IMG/VR virus record: IMGVR_UViG_3300023178_000063
Span: 1-53,663 of that record
Strand: one strand, 5' to 3'
Source: a virus
Taxonomy: Duplodnaviria > Caudoviricetes
DNA: 53,663 bases
Shown: positions 17,719 to 27,135 of the stretch, one piece after another
Numbering within the stretch: position 1 is the stretch's first letter
Layout of the letters: each line of letters starts with the position of its first letter
Translations under genes and position numbers: made by a program
The notes under the pieces: model-generated
The model's input: the letters and a program-made list of their open reading frames with translations, nothing else
The model's database searches: none
What the model was told of the DNA's origin: nothing

Positions 17719-18048
17719 TTACTTCTTCTTAGAGGTTAACGCTTGACCACCAAAGAATGCCGCTACGATTGCCGCAACTGACACAAAGTATGTGGCTGCC
17801 ATATCACCTAAGATTTTAGCCGCACTATCTAAACTTAATAGCACTGCTAATACAACAGCAAAAGGATATAGTAGCATACCAAACAATGCAAACCATGCCA
17901 TGTTGCGTTGTGCATCACGCATTGCATCTGCATCTTCAAGTTCTTTTCTTTTGAACTCAAGATACATCTTTTCTTCTGCTTCGCTTACTTTGCCGTCGCC
18001 GTTAGTGTCTGCTGGATGATGCCCTGCTGATTTAATTTCTTCACTCAT
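17719..18048 (-). CDS. Two-TM holin-like membrane protein with EF-hand-like loop
   Basis: DTNGDGKVSEAE, two hydrophobic helices, KKK tail, within lysis block. Confidence 0.65.
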   Translation of the reverse strand: MSEEIKSAGHHPADTNGDGKVSEAEEKMYLEFKRKELEDADAMRDAQRNMAWFALFGMLLYPFAVVLAVLLSLDSAAKILGDMAATYFVSVAAIVAAFFGGQALTSKKK

Positions 18049-18329
18049 TTAGATTTCCCCTCTAATTTTTTAATACGAGATTCTAACTCGTCAATCTTTG
18101 AAGTTATTTTAGGATACTTTACACGCCATGCATTTGGATCATTTTGAAACCAAGTCCAGCCCCAACGTATTGCAAGGTATTCTAAAAAAGAATCAAACTT
18201 AGTTACAGCCCAAGTCGCCATTCTTGTATCTTTGAACCAAAATAAGAATGCCGCACCGAATAACGAACCAAAGATACCTGTGTAAATCCACAGTCTATCG
18301 CTTGCCATGTTTTGTATCATTTCCCACAT
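18045..18329 (-). CDS. Single-TM protein (holin/antiholin candidate)
   Basis: LWIYTGIFGSLFGAAFLFWF; GGGAG SD; ATAAATA box at 18355-18361. Confidence 0.65.
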   Translation of the reverse strand: MWEMIQNMASDRLWIYTGIFGSLFGAAFLFWFKDTRMATWAVTKFDSFLEYLAIRWGWTWFQNDPNAWRVKYPKITSKIDELESRIKKLEGKSK

Positions 18330-18360
18330 AATAACTCCCTCGTGTTACTATGTGTATTTA

Positions 18361-18519
18361 TTAGAAATCACACTGAACTACGCCCTTAGGCGTTACTATA
18401 TCTTCTATAGATTTTGCTTGGGGGTTTGGCTCAATGCCAGGTTTTACGATACAAGTAGATTTATGTCCGCAACTACTCAGAGTCAGCAGTATCAGTATCA
18501 GGCTTAACTGCTTCTTCAT
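18361..18519 (-). CDS. Small lipoprotein
   Basis: MKKQLSLILILLTLSS|C signal and lipobox from ATG 18519. Confidence 0.6.
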   Translation of the reverse strand: MKKQLSLILILLTLSSCGHKSTCIVKPGIEPNPQAKSIEDIVTPKGVVQCDF

Positions 18520-18838
18520 AGTATACAATGATTTCTTTTTGCTGTTCAATATAACGTCTTAGTTCAGCAAAGTTTAAAGATAGGTTTTCGTAATCTTTTA
18601 CACCAATAGCAATGTATGCTGTCTTGCCGTTCTTAGCATAAAATTCTTCGAGGAATTCTTCGTAGTTTTCTTCTGTAACCACATAGATTTTGACATCGTT
18701 CAACTGCACCTTTTTAGGGTGTGGAACAATCGGTACTACCGTACGTTGTACATCAGTTACTGTTACTATCTGTGGTTCCGGAGTCAGTAGACTGCACCCC
18801 GCTGTTAGCGTTAGGGTCAGTAATAGACTCAAGATCAT
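18473..18838 (-). CDS. Outer-membrane spanin-like lipoprotein
   Basis: MILSLLLTLTLTAG|C lipobox, Pro-rich segment, overlaps 3' end of i-spanin in another frame. Confidence 0.72.
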   Translation of the reverse strand: MILSLLLTLTLTAGCSLLTPEPQIVTVTDVQRTVVPIVPHPKKVQLNDVKIYVVTEENYEEFLEEFYAKNGKTAYIAIGVKDYENLSLNFAELRRYIEQQKEIIVYYEEAVKPDTDTADSE

Positions 18839-19184
18839 CCCAAAGTTTGTTAGTCGCACTTTGCATCCTCTGTTCTATTAAACCTGGCTTTTTAGTAGCC
18901 AAGTGTGTTAAATTATGACGTTGTAGAGTAGCACGAAGTTCATCTCCGTACTGCTCTGCCTTTTGTAAGTCACTCTGTAGTTGTCCGTTTAGTTCACCAA
19001 TACGAACATTTTCTTCCTGCAATGTTTTTACACTGGCTTCTGCTGTTTGTACAGCAACTTCCATTTTAGCAACATTAGCACGAGCTGTTTCTAAATCACT
19101 TTGTAATTTTTTAACGTATAAGAATCCGCCGCCGGCTAATCCGATAAGTGTTAAAATAATTGCAATTCTTATTGATGTAAACAT
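18753..19184 (-). CDS. Inner-membrane spanin-like protein
   Basis: N-terminal TM then long coiled coil; directly downstream of endolysin. Confidence 0.75.
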   Translation of the reverse strand: MFTSIRIAIILTLIGLAGGGFLYVKKLQSDLETARANVAKMEVAVQTAEASVKTLQEENVRIGELNGQLQSDLQKAEQYGDELRATLQRHNLTHLATKKPGLIEQRMQSATNKLWDDLESITDPNANSGVQSTDSGTTDSNSN

Positions 19185-19195
19185 AACATTACTAT

Positions 19196-20068
19196 TTAGT
19201 CAAGTAATTTAGCAAATGTTGCAGGTCCGGCTATGCCATCTGCTGTTAAGCCGTTTGCCGCTTGCCACTCTTTTAATGCACGTTCTGTACCTGGGCCAAA
19301 GTCGCCATCTGCACTAACACCTAATGCTTCCTGCATGATTTTTACACCGTCGCCCTTACAGCCTTTGCGTAATACACCAATGTCATCTAAAATTTCTTGG
19401 ATGTCATCATCGTCTTGTGCAAGGTCTTCTGCATCCATGCCTAATACTTTCATTGCATGTACATAACGTTTTTGACGATCTTCAAGACCAATGCTTCCGC
19501 CGTTGATCTTTTTAGTCATACGCTTAACATCATCTGTGTCAGCAATGTCGTTTAGGTTGTTAGCGTCCCAGAACCAGCAAGCTGATTCAATAGCACCTGC
19601 TGGAGTTGCTACATAGTCTGCCGCTTCTTCTGCTGTCATATCTACAGTTGCGCCAAAACGTGTATAGTTGTCACGACCAGTCAACTGCTTTAGTCCACGT
19701 CCGCGGAATCTCCAACCGTCACCTTCTTCAGTGTTGCCCATTTTGTATTTACGGAACTCATCGTTGTAAACACGGTTAGCAATCATTTCTGGATTGCGAG
19801 CATATTCGTCTGCGTCTGCCTTTGGTGGTTCGCCAAAGTAACGTCCAAACACTGCACGAAGTGCTTTTGCTGAATAGTTTAAATTTTCTTCAAGACGTTT
19901 AAAGCCTGCTGATTCGTGAGCGCACTGGCTAAGGAAGTGTGCTACTCTACGTTCTGTTGTAATGCCATATTTTGGAAGTAGTTCGCATAATGCGTCATAC
20001 CAATCGTCTGCGTCAGCAGAGATAATTTCTCCAAGGTGTTCCTTGGTAAAATCAAATTCAAAACTCAT
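19196..20068 (-). CDS. GH19-family endolysin with C-terminal peptidoglycan-binding domain
   Basis: FLSQCAHES, EENLNYSA, GDGWRFRGRGLKQLTGRDNY, TKKINGG; DGDFGPGTERALKEWQAANGLTADGIAGP. Confidence 0.92.
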   Translation of the reverse strand: MSFEFDFTKEHLGEIISADADDWYDALCELLPKYGITTERRVAHFLSQCAHESAGFKRLEENLNYSAKALRAVFGRYFGEPPKADADEYARNPEMIANRVYNDEFRKYKMGNTEEGDGWRFRGRGLKQLTGRDNYTRFGATVDMTAEEAADYVATPAGAIESACWFWDANNLNDIADTDDVKRMTKKINGGSIGLEDRQKRYVHAMKVLGMDAEDLAQDDDDIQEILDDIGVLRKGCKGDGVKIMQEALGVSADGDFGPGTERALKEWQAANGLTADGIAGPATFAKLLD

Positions 20069-20071
20069 ATT

Positions 20072-20788
20072 TTAGATCCTTTTTACTACGAGAGCCTTGC
20101 CGTTGTTCTCAAAGACAAGTTTATCTCCATACTTACTTATGTTGTAATCACCAATGTATTTGGTTAAAAAGAGTATTTCTGGATAAGATTCCATTAAATC
20201 AAATTTACCTTCAATTTTGTTTACTGTTTGTAAAGTATCTCCAAAATCAATAAATTCAAACTTTAATGGGTCTGCATATTTTTTTGTTATCTTTAATGTG
20301 TTTTCATTAAGCTCAACTGAATCTAAAAAGCTGTTGGTAAAGAAATTTTTATAATTATTTAAAGAGCTTTCTTGAATCTTCAATCCATAATTATCTGGAT
20401 CTTCAGGAACTGAATTTTTTAAGTTTTCAAGAGTTGCGTGTTCAGATCTCCAATTTTTATAATAACGAAATTTAAACTCGTCTTTGTCTGATAGTTTAGA
20501 CACGCCGTCTATAATTTCAAAAATATTATCGTTGACGTCTCTGTTACGCTCAAGCTCAACGAATACTTTGTATGTACCGTCGCTTTGTTCGCCTGCTGTT
20601 ACATCACTATCTAAAATAAAAGAGTAACCTTTTTCTAAAAAGTTAGATAAATCTGTAGCGGCTTCTTTACCTGTTAAACTAAAACTTAATGTAACAATGT
20701 TTTGGTCATCGCCCATTTTACTTTTATAAGAATCAATTTCAAAAACTCTATCTATTGTATCTCTTAAATCGCCTGCTAAAAGTCCCAT
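20072..20788 (-). CDS. Conserved-looking phage hypothetical protein
   Basis: 238-aa ORF, TAATG coupling. Confidence 0.75.
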   Translation of the reverse strand: MGLLAGDLRDTIDRVFEIDSYKSKMGDDQNIVTLSFSLTGKEAATDLSNFLEKGYSFILDSDVTAGEQSDGTYKVFVELERNRDVNDNIFEIIDGVSKLSDKDEFKFRYYKNWRSEHATLENLKNSVPEDPDNYGLKIQESSLNNYKNFFTNSFLDSVELNENTLKITKKYADPLKFEFIDFGDTLQTVNKIEGKFDLMESYPEILFLTKYIGDYNISKYGDKLVFENNGKALVVKRI

Positions 20789-21339
20789 TAGATAACTGCC
20801 TCCTCACCGCCGGCCTCTGGTGCTGCCGCGTCTGGTGCTGCCGCGTCTGGTGCTGCCGCCGCTGCCTCGTCTGCTGCCTGAGCAGGATTTTCTGCAGCCA
20901 TTTCACCGTCTACATCATATTTTTCTTCATAGCCTGTCCAAATATCTGCAATTAATTTTTTAGGCATTCTAATTTCAACTATCCAAATAGGTTCTAAATC
21001 AAGTTTTCCTTTTTTGGTGCCTGGACGAATATCGTCTGGAGTACGAATTTTTCTTGGCTTAACCATTGATGTTTTTAAATACCCAACTTTGCAATCATAA
21101 TCTAATAGACGCTTACCACCCATTGGATCAGGCATTTTTTCTAAAGGCCAAAAGAAGCGACAAGTTACCCAATGTCTGCTAATTTGTGGTCCTGATGCTA
21201 ATTCACCATCGAGCCAATTTTCATAAACATAAAGATCTAACTCGTCAAGAACTCTTTCAAAATCTTTAAGAACTTGAAATGAAGTATTTGAGTCATATAC
21301 TCTTTCTACGTTTTTGATAATATCTTCTACGTCTTGCAT
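20788..21339 (-). CDS. Hypothetical protein; probable start MQDVEDII
   Basis: LKDFERVLDELDLYVYENW...MPDPMGGKRL; Ala-rich tail encoded by a 15-bp repeat near 20815-20860. Confidence 0.75.
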   Translation of the reverse strand: MQDVEDIIKNVERVYDSNTSFQVLKDFERVLDELDLYVYENWLDGELASGPQISRHWVTCRFFWPLEKMPDPMGGKRLLDYDCKVGYLKTSMVKPRKIRTPDDIRPGTKKGKLDLEPIWIVEIRMPKKLIADIWTGYEEKYDVDGEMAAENPAQAADEAAAAAPDAAAPDAAAPEAGGEEAVI

Positions 21340-21363
21340 TATTACTGTCCTATCCAAACCGTT

Positions 21364-21383
21364 ACATACTTATTTATCGTATC
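21364..21383 (-). promoter_or_regulatory. 20-bp element containing ATAAATA, identical to 44537-44556
   Basis: acatacttatttatcgtatc at both positions. Confidence 0.75.
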
Positions 21384-21485
21384 TCAGATATTAACAAATA
21401 CTTTTTCTCTGATATCCAAATGGTAAATAAAATTGTAGGCAATCAAAAGTTTACAATATCATAACACTCTTTAGGAGGAAACTGA

Positions 21486-22211
21486 ATGGGTGCAAAGCGC
21501 AAATCTCGAGAGAGAAACAATCAGAATAATAACTACGCAAATGTAGTTAACTTTAATACTTTCCAAAAAAAACACACAGTAGACATAATTCCAAGAAATA
21601 AACATCAAGAATCGTATGTAGTAAAATTATTAGATTCTACGAAAGATGTTGTATTTGGTATTGGTCCTGCAGGAACAGGTAAAACGTTACTTGCTGTACA
21701 AACTGCTGTAAAAATGTTTAAAGAAGGCAAAGTAGACAAAATTATCGTAACTCGACCAGCAGTATCGGTTGACGAAGATTTAGGATTTTTACCAGGGACA
21801 TTAGAACAAAAAATGGCACCGTGGACACGACCTATTTTTGATGTGTTACGTGAATATTTTGATGCAAGACAAATAGAAGGAATGATAGAAGAAGGGATTA
21901 TTGAAATCGCTCCATTAGCATATATGCGAGGCAGAACTTTTAAAAACGCATTTATCTTAGCAGATGAAATGCAAAACGCAACACAAAACCAAATGAAAAT
22001 GCTACTAACACGATTAGGTGAAGGCTCAAGGATGGCAGTAACAGGCGACTTAGCCCAAGCAGATAGATTGAAGGACAACGGACTTATTGACTTTGTAAAA
22101 CTACTTCAATCTAAACAGGCTACTCATTTGGACATAGTCCAGTTTGAACAAGGAGACATCGAAAGACACGAAGCTGTTAAAGAAATCTTACAAATTTACG
22201 GAGACGAATAA
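21486..22211 (+). CDS. phoH: PhoH-like ATPase
   Basis: GPAGTGKT, TRPAV, LGFLPG, APLAYMRGRTF, DEMQN, LTRLG, GDLAQ; AGGAGG SD. Confidence 0.95.
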   Translation: MGAKRKSRERNNQNNNYANVVNFNTFQKKHTVDIIPRNKHQESYVVKLLDSTKDVVFGIGPAGTGKTLLAVQTAVKMFKEGKVDKIIVTRPAVSVDEDLGFLPGTLEQKMAPWTRPIFDVLREYFDARQIEGMIEEGIIEIAPLAYMRGRTFKNAFILADEMQNATQNQMKMLLTRLGEGSRMAVTGDLAQADRLKDNGLIDFVKLLQSKQATHLDIVQFEQGDIERHEAVKEILQIYGDE

Positions 22212-22664
22212 TTAGACTTTAACAACTTCTATATCAGAACGATTTAGAAACTCAATACCCTGTGTACTACGATAATCATTTTTGTAGTACACAGTGGTTA
22301 TGCCACTTTGATAGATTAGTTTAGCACAATCTATACAAGGTGAGTGTGTAATAAAGATACTTGCACCTTCACCGCTTTCCGACGATCGTGCAAGTTTTGC
22401 AATCGCATTTGATTCTGCGTGTAATACTTCCGGTTTTGATTTTAAAGTTGTTGTTGTAAGTTTAGAACCTTTATCAGTTATAGTAACTTCTTGAACTGCT
22501 TCTTCACAACAATTATCCCAACCAGTAGGCATACCATTGTAACCAATTGAAATAATACGATCATCCTTAACAACAATCGCACCTACCTTTAAACGGTTGG
22601 CAGAACTAAGTTGACTAAACCGTTCTGCTACATCCATATAAGCATCTACAAACTTCTGTTTCAT
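22212..22664 (-). CDS. dCMP deaminase
   Basis: KVGAIVV, GYNG, HAESNAI, SPCIDC zinc motif. Confidence 0.92.
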   Translation of the reverse strand: MKQKFVDAYMDVAERFSQLSSANRLKVGAIVVKDDRIISIGYNGMPTGWDNCCEEAVQEVTITDKGSKLTTTTLKSKPEVLHAESNAIAKLARSSESGEGASIFITHSPCIDCAKLIYQSGITTVYYKNDYRSTQGIEFLNRSDIEVVKV

Positions 22665-23539
22665 ACTGCCATCGGCGCCTTTATACTATCCATTGGATTA
22701 TAGTTTAATAGTTTATAATCACTTGTAGTAGTTTCTAATAGCTCTGCAAGATTTTCAAATGCAGGCATTTCTAATATAGGACCTTTAACTGGTGTGCGTT
22801 CAAGTTGCTGTTTAACTTGTTCAAAATGATTTTGATAGATGTGACAATCACCTCCAGTCCATACAAATTCACCTACTTGTAAATTACAAATTTGTGCAAG
22901 CATATGTGTAAGCAAACTGTACGAAGCAATGTTAAAAGGTACACCTAAGAACATGTCTGCTGAACGCTGATACAGTTGACAACTTAGTTTGCCGTTAATA
23001 ACTTTAAACTGTGCCATTGTATGACAAGGTGGCAGTGCCATTAAATGTAGTTGATTAGGATTCCATGCACTTAGAATAATACGGCGACTATCTGGCTCGC
23101 TTTTAATTTGTTCTATAATATTAGAAATTTGATCTTGCTTACCAAATGTATCATCTCCCATTGCATCAAAATGACGCCATTGGTGTCCGTATACAGGACC
23201 TAAATTTTTCTTAAAGTCGGTATTAACATAACCTAATTCTACACCTTGTTTGTCTGCATTAGCAGTCCAAATAGTTTTCTTTTCCCAAATCTCAGTCTTA
23301 TCTGCTTCAAATGTAATTTCTGCAAGTCTACGTTCATCTGTTGAACCTTCTAAGAACCATAATAATTCTCCTACAACAGCTCGCCATGCAAGTTTCTTAG
23401 TAGTAACAGCAGGAAAGTCTTCTTGTAGATTAAAACGCATTTGATAACCAAATACGGTACGTGTACCTACACCTGTTCTATCTTTTACATCTTCGCCATT
23501 GTCTAAAATATATTGTAGTGCATCAAGATACTGCTTCAT
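22661..23539 (-). CDS. thyA: Thymidylate synthase
   Basis: DRTGVGT, GPVYGHQWR, MALPPCH, YQRSADMFLGVPFN, HIY; start MKQYL at 23539. Confidence 0.96.
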   Translation of the reverse strand: MKQYLDALQYILDNGEDVKDRTGVGTRTVFGYQMRFNLQEDFPAVTTKKLAWRAVVGELLWFLEGSTDERRLAEITFEADKTEIWEKKTIWTANADKQGVELGYVNTDFKKNLGPVYGHQWRHFDAMGDDTFGKQDQISNIIEQIKSEPDSRRIILSAWNPNQLHLMALPPCHTMAQFKVINGKLSCQLYQRSADMFLGVPFNIASYSLLTHMLAQICNLQVGEFVWTGGDCHIYQNHFEQVKQQLERTPVKGPILEMPAFENLAELLETTTSDYKLLNYNPMDSIKAPMAV

Positions 23540-24029
23540 GGTTTCTCCAAACTTCAAAGTTTACTTCTTCGTGTTCCATGAGCCATACTCGTTTAAAAGT
23601 TGATTCAATTTCATCTAAAGGTAAAAATGTATCGCAATTATATTTCCCTGGAATACGACTTAGATAAAATTGATCAATACTTTCTAAAGTTTGTTTAATA
23701 ATATCAGGACCGCCAATTATCCAAATTTTTAATCCTGGGTAAGTATTTTTTAATGCTTTAAGGTGTGTATTTAAATCACCTTGAATAATTGAGTCTGCTC
23801 CACAGTTTGAATATTTTGATACTTTTGATGTAACAAGAATATTAATGCGCTTAGGCAACGGCTTTGGCATATCTGAAGCATTCCAAGTAGTAGACCCCAT
23901 TACAACAACATGTCCTGCTGTGTTTTCTTTAAACCATTGTAAGTCTGTACTGTTATGCGGCCAAGGCATTGTGCCGTCTTTGCTTACTCCGCCTTCTTCG
24001 TCACATGCTAAAATTGCATTAATCGTCAT
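23523..24029 (-). CDS. folA: Dihydrofolate reductase
   Basis: MPW...[30 protein letters not shown]. Confidence 0.9.
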   Translation of the reverse strand: MTINAILACDEEGGVSKDGTMPWPHNSTDLQWFKENTAGHVVVMGSTTWNASDMPKPLPKRINILVTSKVSKYSNCGADSIIQGDLNTHLKALKNTYPGLKIWIIGGPDIIKQTLESIDQFYLSRIPGKYNCDTFLPLDEIESTFKRVWLMEHEEVNFEVWRNHEAVS

Positions 24030-24396
24030 ATCCGCTATCGTCCTTTAATACGTCCTTACCTGAACCAATTGGAGTAAAGAATTTTTCATATTTGTCTACT
24101 AAGCCGTCGTACTCTTCCCAATCATCAGGAGGATCTTTTTTGTCAGTAATATTTGGCCATTCATAACTATAGGTTGTATTAATTTCAAGCCATTTAATAC
24201 GTTCTGGCTCTGGTAATGCGTCTTCTAAAAAGATAGCATCTGCTGGGCATTCTGGTTCACACACTCCACAATCAATACATTCGTCTGGATTAATTACAAG
24301 CATGTCGTCACCTTCGTAGAAACAATCTACAGGACATACAGATACGCAGTCTGTATGCTTACATTTGATACAATTATCAGTTACTAAGTATGTCAC
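24019..24396 (-). CDS. fdxA: 7Fe (3Fe-4S/4Fe-4S) ferredoxin, FdxA type
   Basis: [21 protein letters not shown]...[21 protein letters not shown]. Confidence 0.92.
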   Translation of the reverse strand: MTYLVTDNCIKCKHTDCVSVCPVDCFYEGDDMLVINPDECIDCGVCEPECPADAIFLEDALPEPERIKWLEINTTYSYEWPNITDKKDPPDDWEEYDGLVDKYEKFFTPIGSGKDVLKDDSGYDD

Positions 24397-25310
24397 TATA
24401 ACCTCGCTAATCTAATAAGCGTTGCCGCTAAGTTAATCTCTGGATCTACGACCAAAGTATGATCGACCATCCCTTGTTTAATTGTAAGCACTGCCTTATC
24501 TTGTTGTTCTTCATCTCCAAACATATCTATGTTATCATAAAGCCAACGATAAATTTCTTCCATCTCTTCTGGACGGACAGTGCCGCATAGAAGTTTACGA
24601 GCATCTTGAATTTTTCCAGCCTTGAAAAGTTCAACCATGTCTAACTTCCAATCCTGTTCCCCACTATCCCCTTCGTGAGGTGCAAGCAACTGTCCGTCCT
24701 GCGAATTCATTTGTACCATATTAATACACTTACGCAAGTCTGGATATGTTGCTTTTACATAAGTGTCAAGTGTATCAAGGTCCGGGTTAACTCCTTCTGT
24801 AATAAGAATCTCTGCAACACGAGCAGTAAACTCTGTTTGATCAATTTTTGCAATATGAAAACCTTGACACCTACTGTGAATAGCAGGAATAATTCTGTTT
24901 GGGTAGTTACAAGTAAGAATAAAACGTGCAGTAGTATGATATTCTTCCATCACACCACGTAGTGCCGCTTGTGCGTTTGGACTTAGATAGTCTGCCTCAT
25001 CAAGTAGTACAACTTTAAATTCACCAAATGGAATCATTTGCACAAAGTTTACAATTTTATCACGAACGTCATCAACTGAGTTTGTTCTACTTGCGTTTAT
25101 TTCTAAAATGTCTAAGTCGTTGACTTCGAGTTCGTTGAATAATAGCTTTGCTAAAGTTGTTTTGCCGATTCCTGCGTTGCCACTGAATAGCAAGTGCGGA
25201 ATTGTCTTGTCCTTGATCCATGTTTTCACTTGTGCTTTCTGTGCTTCGTCCCTGAAAACGTAACCATCTACCGTCTTTGGTCTGTATTTTTCTACCCATA
25301 ATTCTTTCAT
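24396..25310 (-). CDS. Clamp-loader AAA+ subunit (RFC small / T4 gp44-like)
   Basis: [29 protein letters not shown] motifs. Confidence 0.93.
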   Translation of the reverse strand: MKELWVEKYRPKTVDGYVFRDEAQKAQVKTWIKDKTIPHLLFSGNAGIGKTTLAKLLFNELEVNDLDILEINASRTNSVDDVRDKIVNFVQMIPFGEFKVVLLDEADYLSPNAQAALRGVMEEYHTTARFILTCNYPNRIIPAIHSRCQGFHIAKIDQTEFTARVAEILITEGVNPDLDTLDTYVKATYPDLRKCINMVQMNSQDGQLLAPHEGDSGEQDWKLDMVELFKAGKIQDARKLLCGTVRPEEMEEIYRWLYDNIDMFGDEEQQDKAVLTIKQGMVDHTLVVDPEINLAATLIRLARL

Positions 25311-25465
25311 TCGCTTTTCCCGTATTTAGATTCCATTCGAAGGACTTCGTTTAGTCGATCTGCTATTTTACGAATGTCTAAAGACAAAGCGCCGTTGCCT
25401 AAATCTTTTTCAACCAAACGTGCAATCTCGTGCATTTTCATTACTGCATCATCTAAGGTCATCAT
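25307..25465 (-). CDS. Small hypothetical protein (below ORF-track cutoff)
   Basis: MMTLDDAVMKMHEIARLVEKDLGNG...GKSE fills gap with ATGA overlaps at both ends. Confidence 0.65.
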   Translation of the reverse strand: MMTLDDAVMKMHEIARLVEKDLGNGALSLDIRKIADRLNEVLRMESKYGKSE

Positions 25466-26004
25466 GCATTTACTCCAAAGTGTTTATATGATTGTTGTAC
25501 ACATTTAGCCTGATAATAACAATCAGCCAATGCGTTGTGAAGACTTTCTTGTATTGCCTTACGAGGATCACTTGGCATCATAGCAAACAATGTTCTACTA
25601 TCTCTAATCTGCCAATAGTTCCATGGTACAGGTTTTTCTGCTTCTTTATACAAATGTTGTAGTATTACAAAGTCAAAGGTAGGACCTTGACACCAAATGT
25701 AATCTAAACCTACTGCCCATTTGTTTAATTGACGTAGCATTTCTTGTACACTTACTCTTTCGTGTTCGTCACCAAATGCTTCGTCTTGTATTTCTTGAGG
25801 TTGTTTTGCCCACCAAGCAAGAGTGTTATCATCGATACTACGATTGTAGTCTGTAGTTTGTTCTTCTACATCTCCACGCAAGTATAATGGACTATGCGGT
25901 TCAGCATCTGAAAATGGATCAAATTTGATTGCACCAAGTGTCATAATAACACTATCAGGCTCAACGCCAAGTGTCTCCAAATCAATCATTCCGTGTGTAG
26001 CCAA
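25462..26004 (-). CDS. DEDDh 3'-5' exonuclease (RNase AS/DexA-like)
   Basis: IDLETL, QGPTFD, HNALADCYYQ; TTG start with AAGGAG SD. Confidence 0.85.
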   Translation of the reverse strand: MATHGMIDLETLGVEPDSVIMTLGAIKFDPFSDAEPHSPLYLRGDVEEQTTDYNRSIDDNTLAWWAKQPQEIQDEAFGDEHERVSVQEMLRQLNKWAVGLDYIWCQGPTFDFVILQHLYKEAEKPVPWNYWQIRDSRTLFAMMPSDPRKAIQESLHNALADCYYQAKCVQQSYKHFGVNA

Positions 26005-26030
26005 GATAAACTCCTTACATTTAAGTTATA

Positions 26031-26059
26031 ATTATAACGTAAAAAATGTAAAAGGTCAA
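26031..26059 (-). promoter_or_regulatory. Sigma70-type promoter TTGACC-N17-TATAAT
   Basis: -35 at 26059-26054, -10 at 26036-26031. Confidence 0.8.
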
Positions 26060-26060
26060 G

Positions 26061-26732
26061 TTATAATTTGCCAAAACCCCAAATTCTTTCTTTACAAAAC
26101 CAACATTCGCCGCAGTTTCCGTTAGTATAATGTAGAGTATTACAACTTACAGTTAATGGAAATAATGTATCTAAAAGATTGTGCTGTTTGTACAATTCTG
26201 CAATTTGTTTTTTATTTAAATTAAAAAATGGTCGTATTTCGCCAAATTCAATAAGCTCACCGTCATGTACAATAACAGCAGAAAAGATTAGTAATTTATC
26301 GGCTTCTTCAGATCGAGTTCGATCTAAGTCGTCATGTTTTGGCCAAGCATTATTGTAGGCTTCAAAATCAGGAGTTTGATTAATTCCAGTATAGATATAT
26401 TTGTATTTTCCTTTTAAGATGTTCTCTTCGTTAACTTTTTGAAAACTTGTATCGTACGTTGATGCATCAGTTTCATATATAATAGGGTCATTAAATATAT
26501 CATTGCAGTCAAGCTCTTTTTTTATAAAATTTATAACGTCTAAATGACAAGTATCAGTAGAACGTTTTGGAATACTTACTGGTTGTAGTTTAAATGGGAG
26601 ATTATTTGATTTTATTTTTTTAGCAAGTAGGTAGCATAATAAACTACTATCTACGCCGCCGGAAATCCAAATACCTAAAGTATTATTTTTATTACTTAAT
26701 AGTTGTCCATTGGGTATTAGTAGTTCTATCAT
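26061..26732 (-). CDS. QueC-like PP-loop ATPase
   Basis: SGGVDS PP-loop; C-terminal SC...CGECWFCKER zinc site. Confidence 0.7.
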   Translation of the reverse strand: MIELLIPNGQLLSNKNNTLGIWISGGVDSSLLCYLLAKKIKSNNLPFKLQPVSIPKRSTDTCHLDVINFIKKELDCNDIFNDPIIYETDASTYDTSFQKVNEENILKGKYKYIYTGINQTPDFEAYNNAWPKHDDLDRTRSEEADKLLIFSAVIVHDGELIEFGEIRPFFNLNKKQIAELYKQHNLLDTLFPLTVSCNTLHYTNGNCGECWFCKERIWGFGKL

Positions 26733-26768
26733 AGATAGGGGCGTTCCACAAGTTAATAGGAGGAAAAG

Positions 26769-27131
26769 TTAGTTCTGGCCAATGAAAGGTGTTAGTTCTG
26801 GTGCCTTCCAACCTTCTGGCTTCAACACCTTGCCATCTTCTCTCTTGCGTACTTTGCCTGTCTCTGGATCGATCTTTGCAAAGTTCGTATCCATTACTTC
26901 TTTCCACGCACCTTCTCCGTTAAAGCCGCCTGCACGAATAGCACCCATAGTAACAACAAGAATGTCAATAAGTGCATCAAGTTGTTCTACAGTGTCATTT
27001 GCTTCGACTGCTTCTTGTAGTTCTTCGTATTCTTCTTTGATCAAACTAAGATACATTTTATAGTTTGCTTCACTTGGTTCTTGATCACACGCAGAACCAA
27101 ACGTGTCAATATCTTTAAATGGGTTTGTCAT
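26769..27131 (-). CDS. MazG-like all-alpha NTP pyrophosphohydrolase
   Basis: IKEEYEEL...EQLDALIDILVV...N.AK...REDGKVLKPEGW. Confidence 0.85.
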   Translation of the reverse strand: MTNPFKDIDTFGSACDQEPSEANYKMYLSLIKEEYEELQEAVEANDTVEQLDALIDILVVTMGAIRAGGFNGEGAWKEVMDTNFAKIDPETGKVRKREDGKVLKPEGWKAPELTPFIGQN

Positions 27132-27135
27132 TAAA

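Noticed and set aside
22661-23539. thyA as a dCMP/dUMP hydroxymethylase for modified DNA
   Set aside because: Canonical RSADMFLGVPFN with the dUMP-specifying Asn, next to DHFR and dCMP deaminase; consistent with ordinary dTMP synthesis
26692-26907. 71-aa minus-strand ORF bridging the MazG-like and QueC-like genes
   Set aside because: Mostly overlaps a well-supported gene in another frame; no motif or SD
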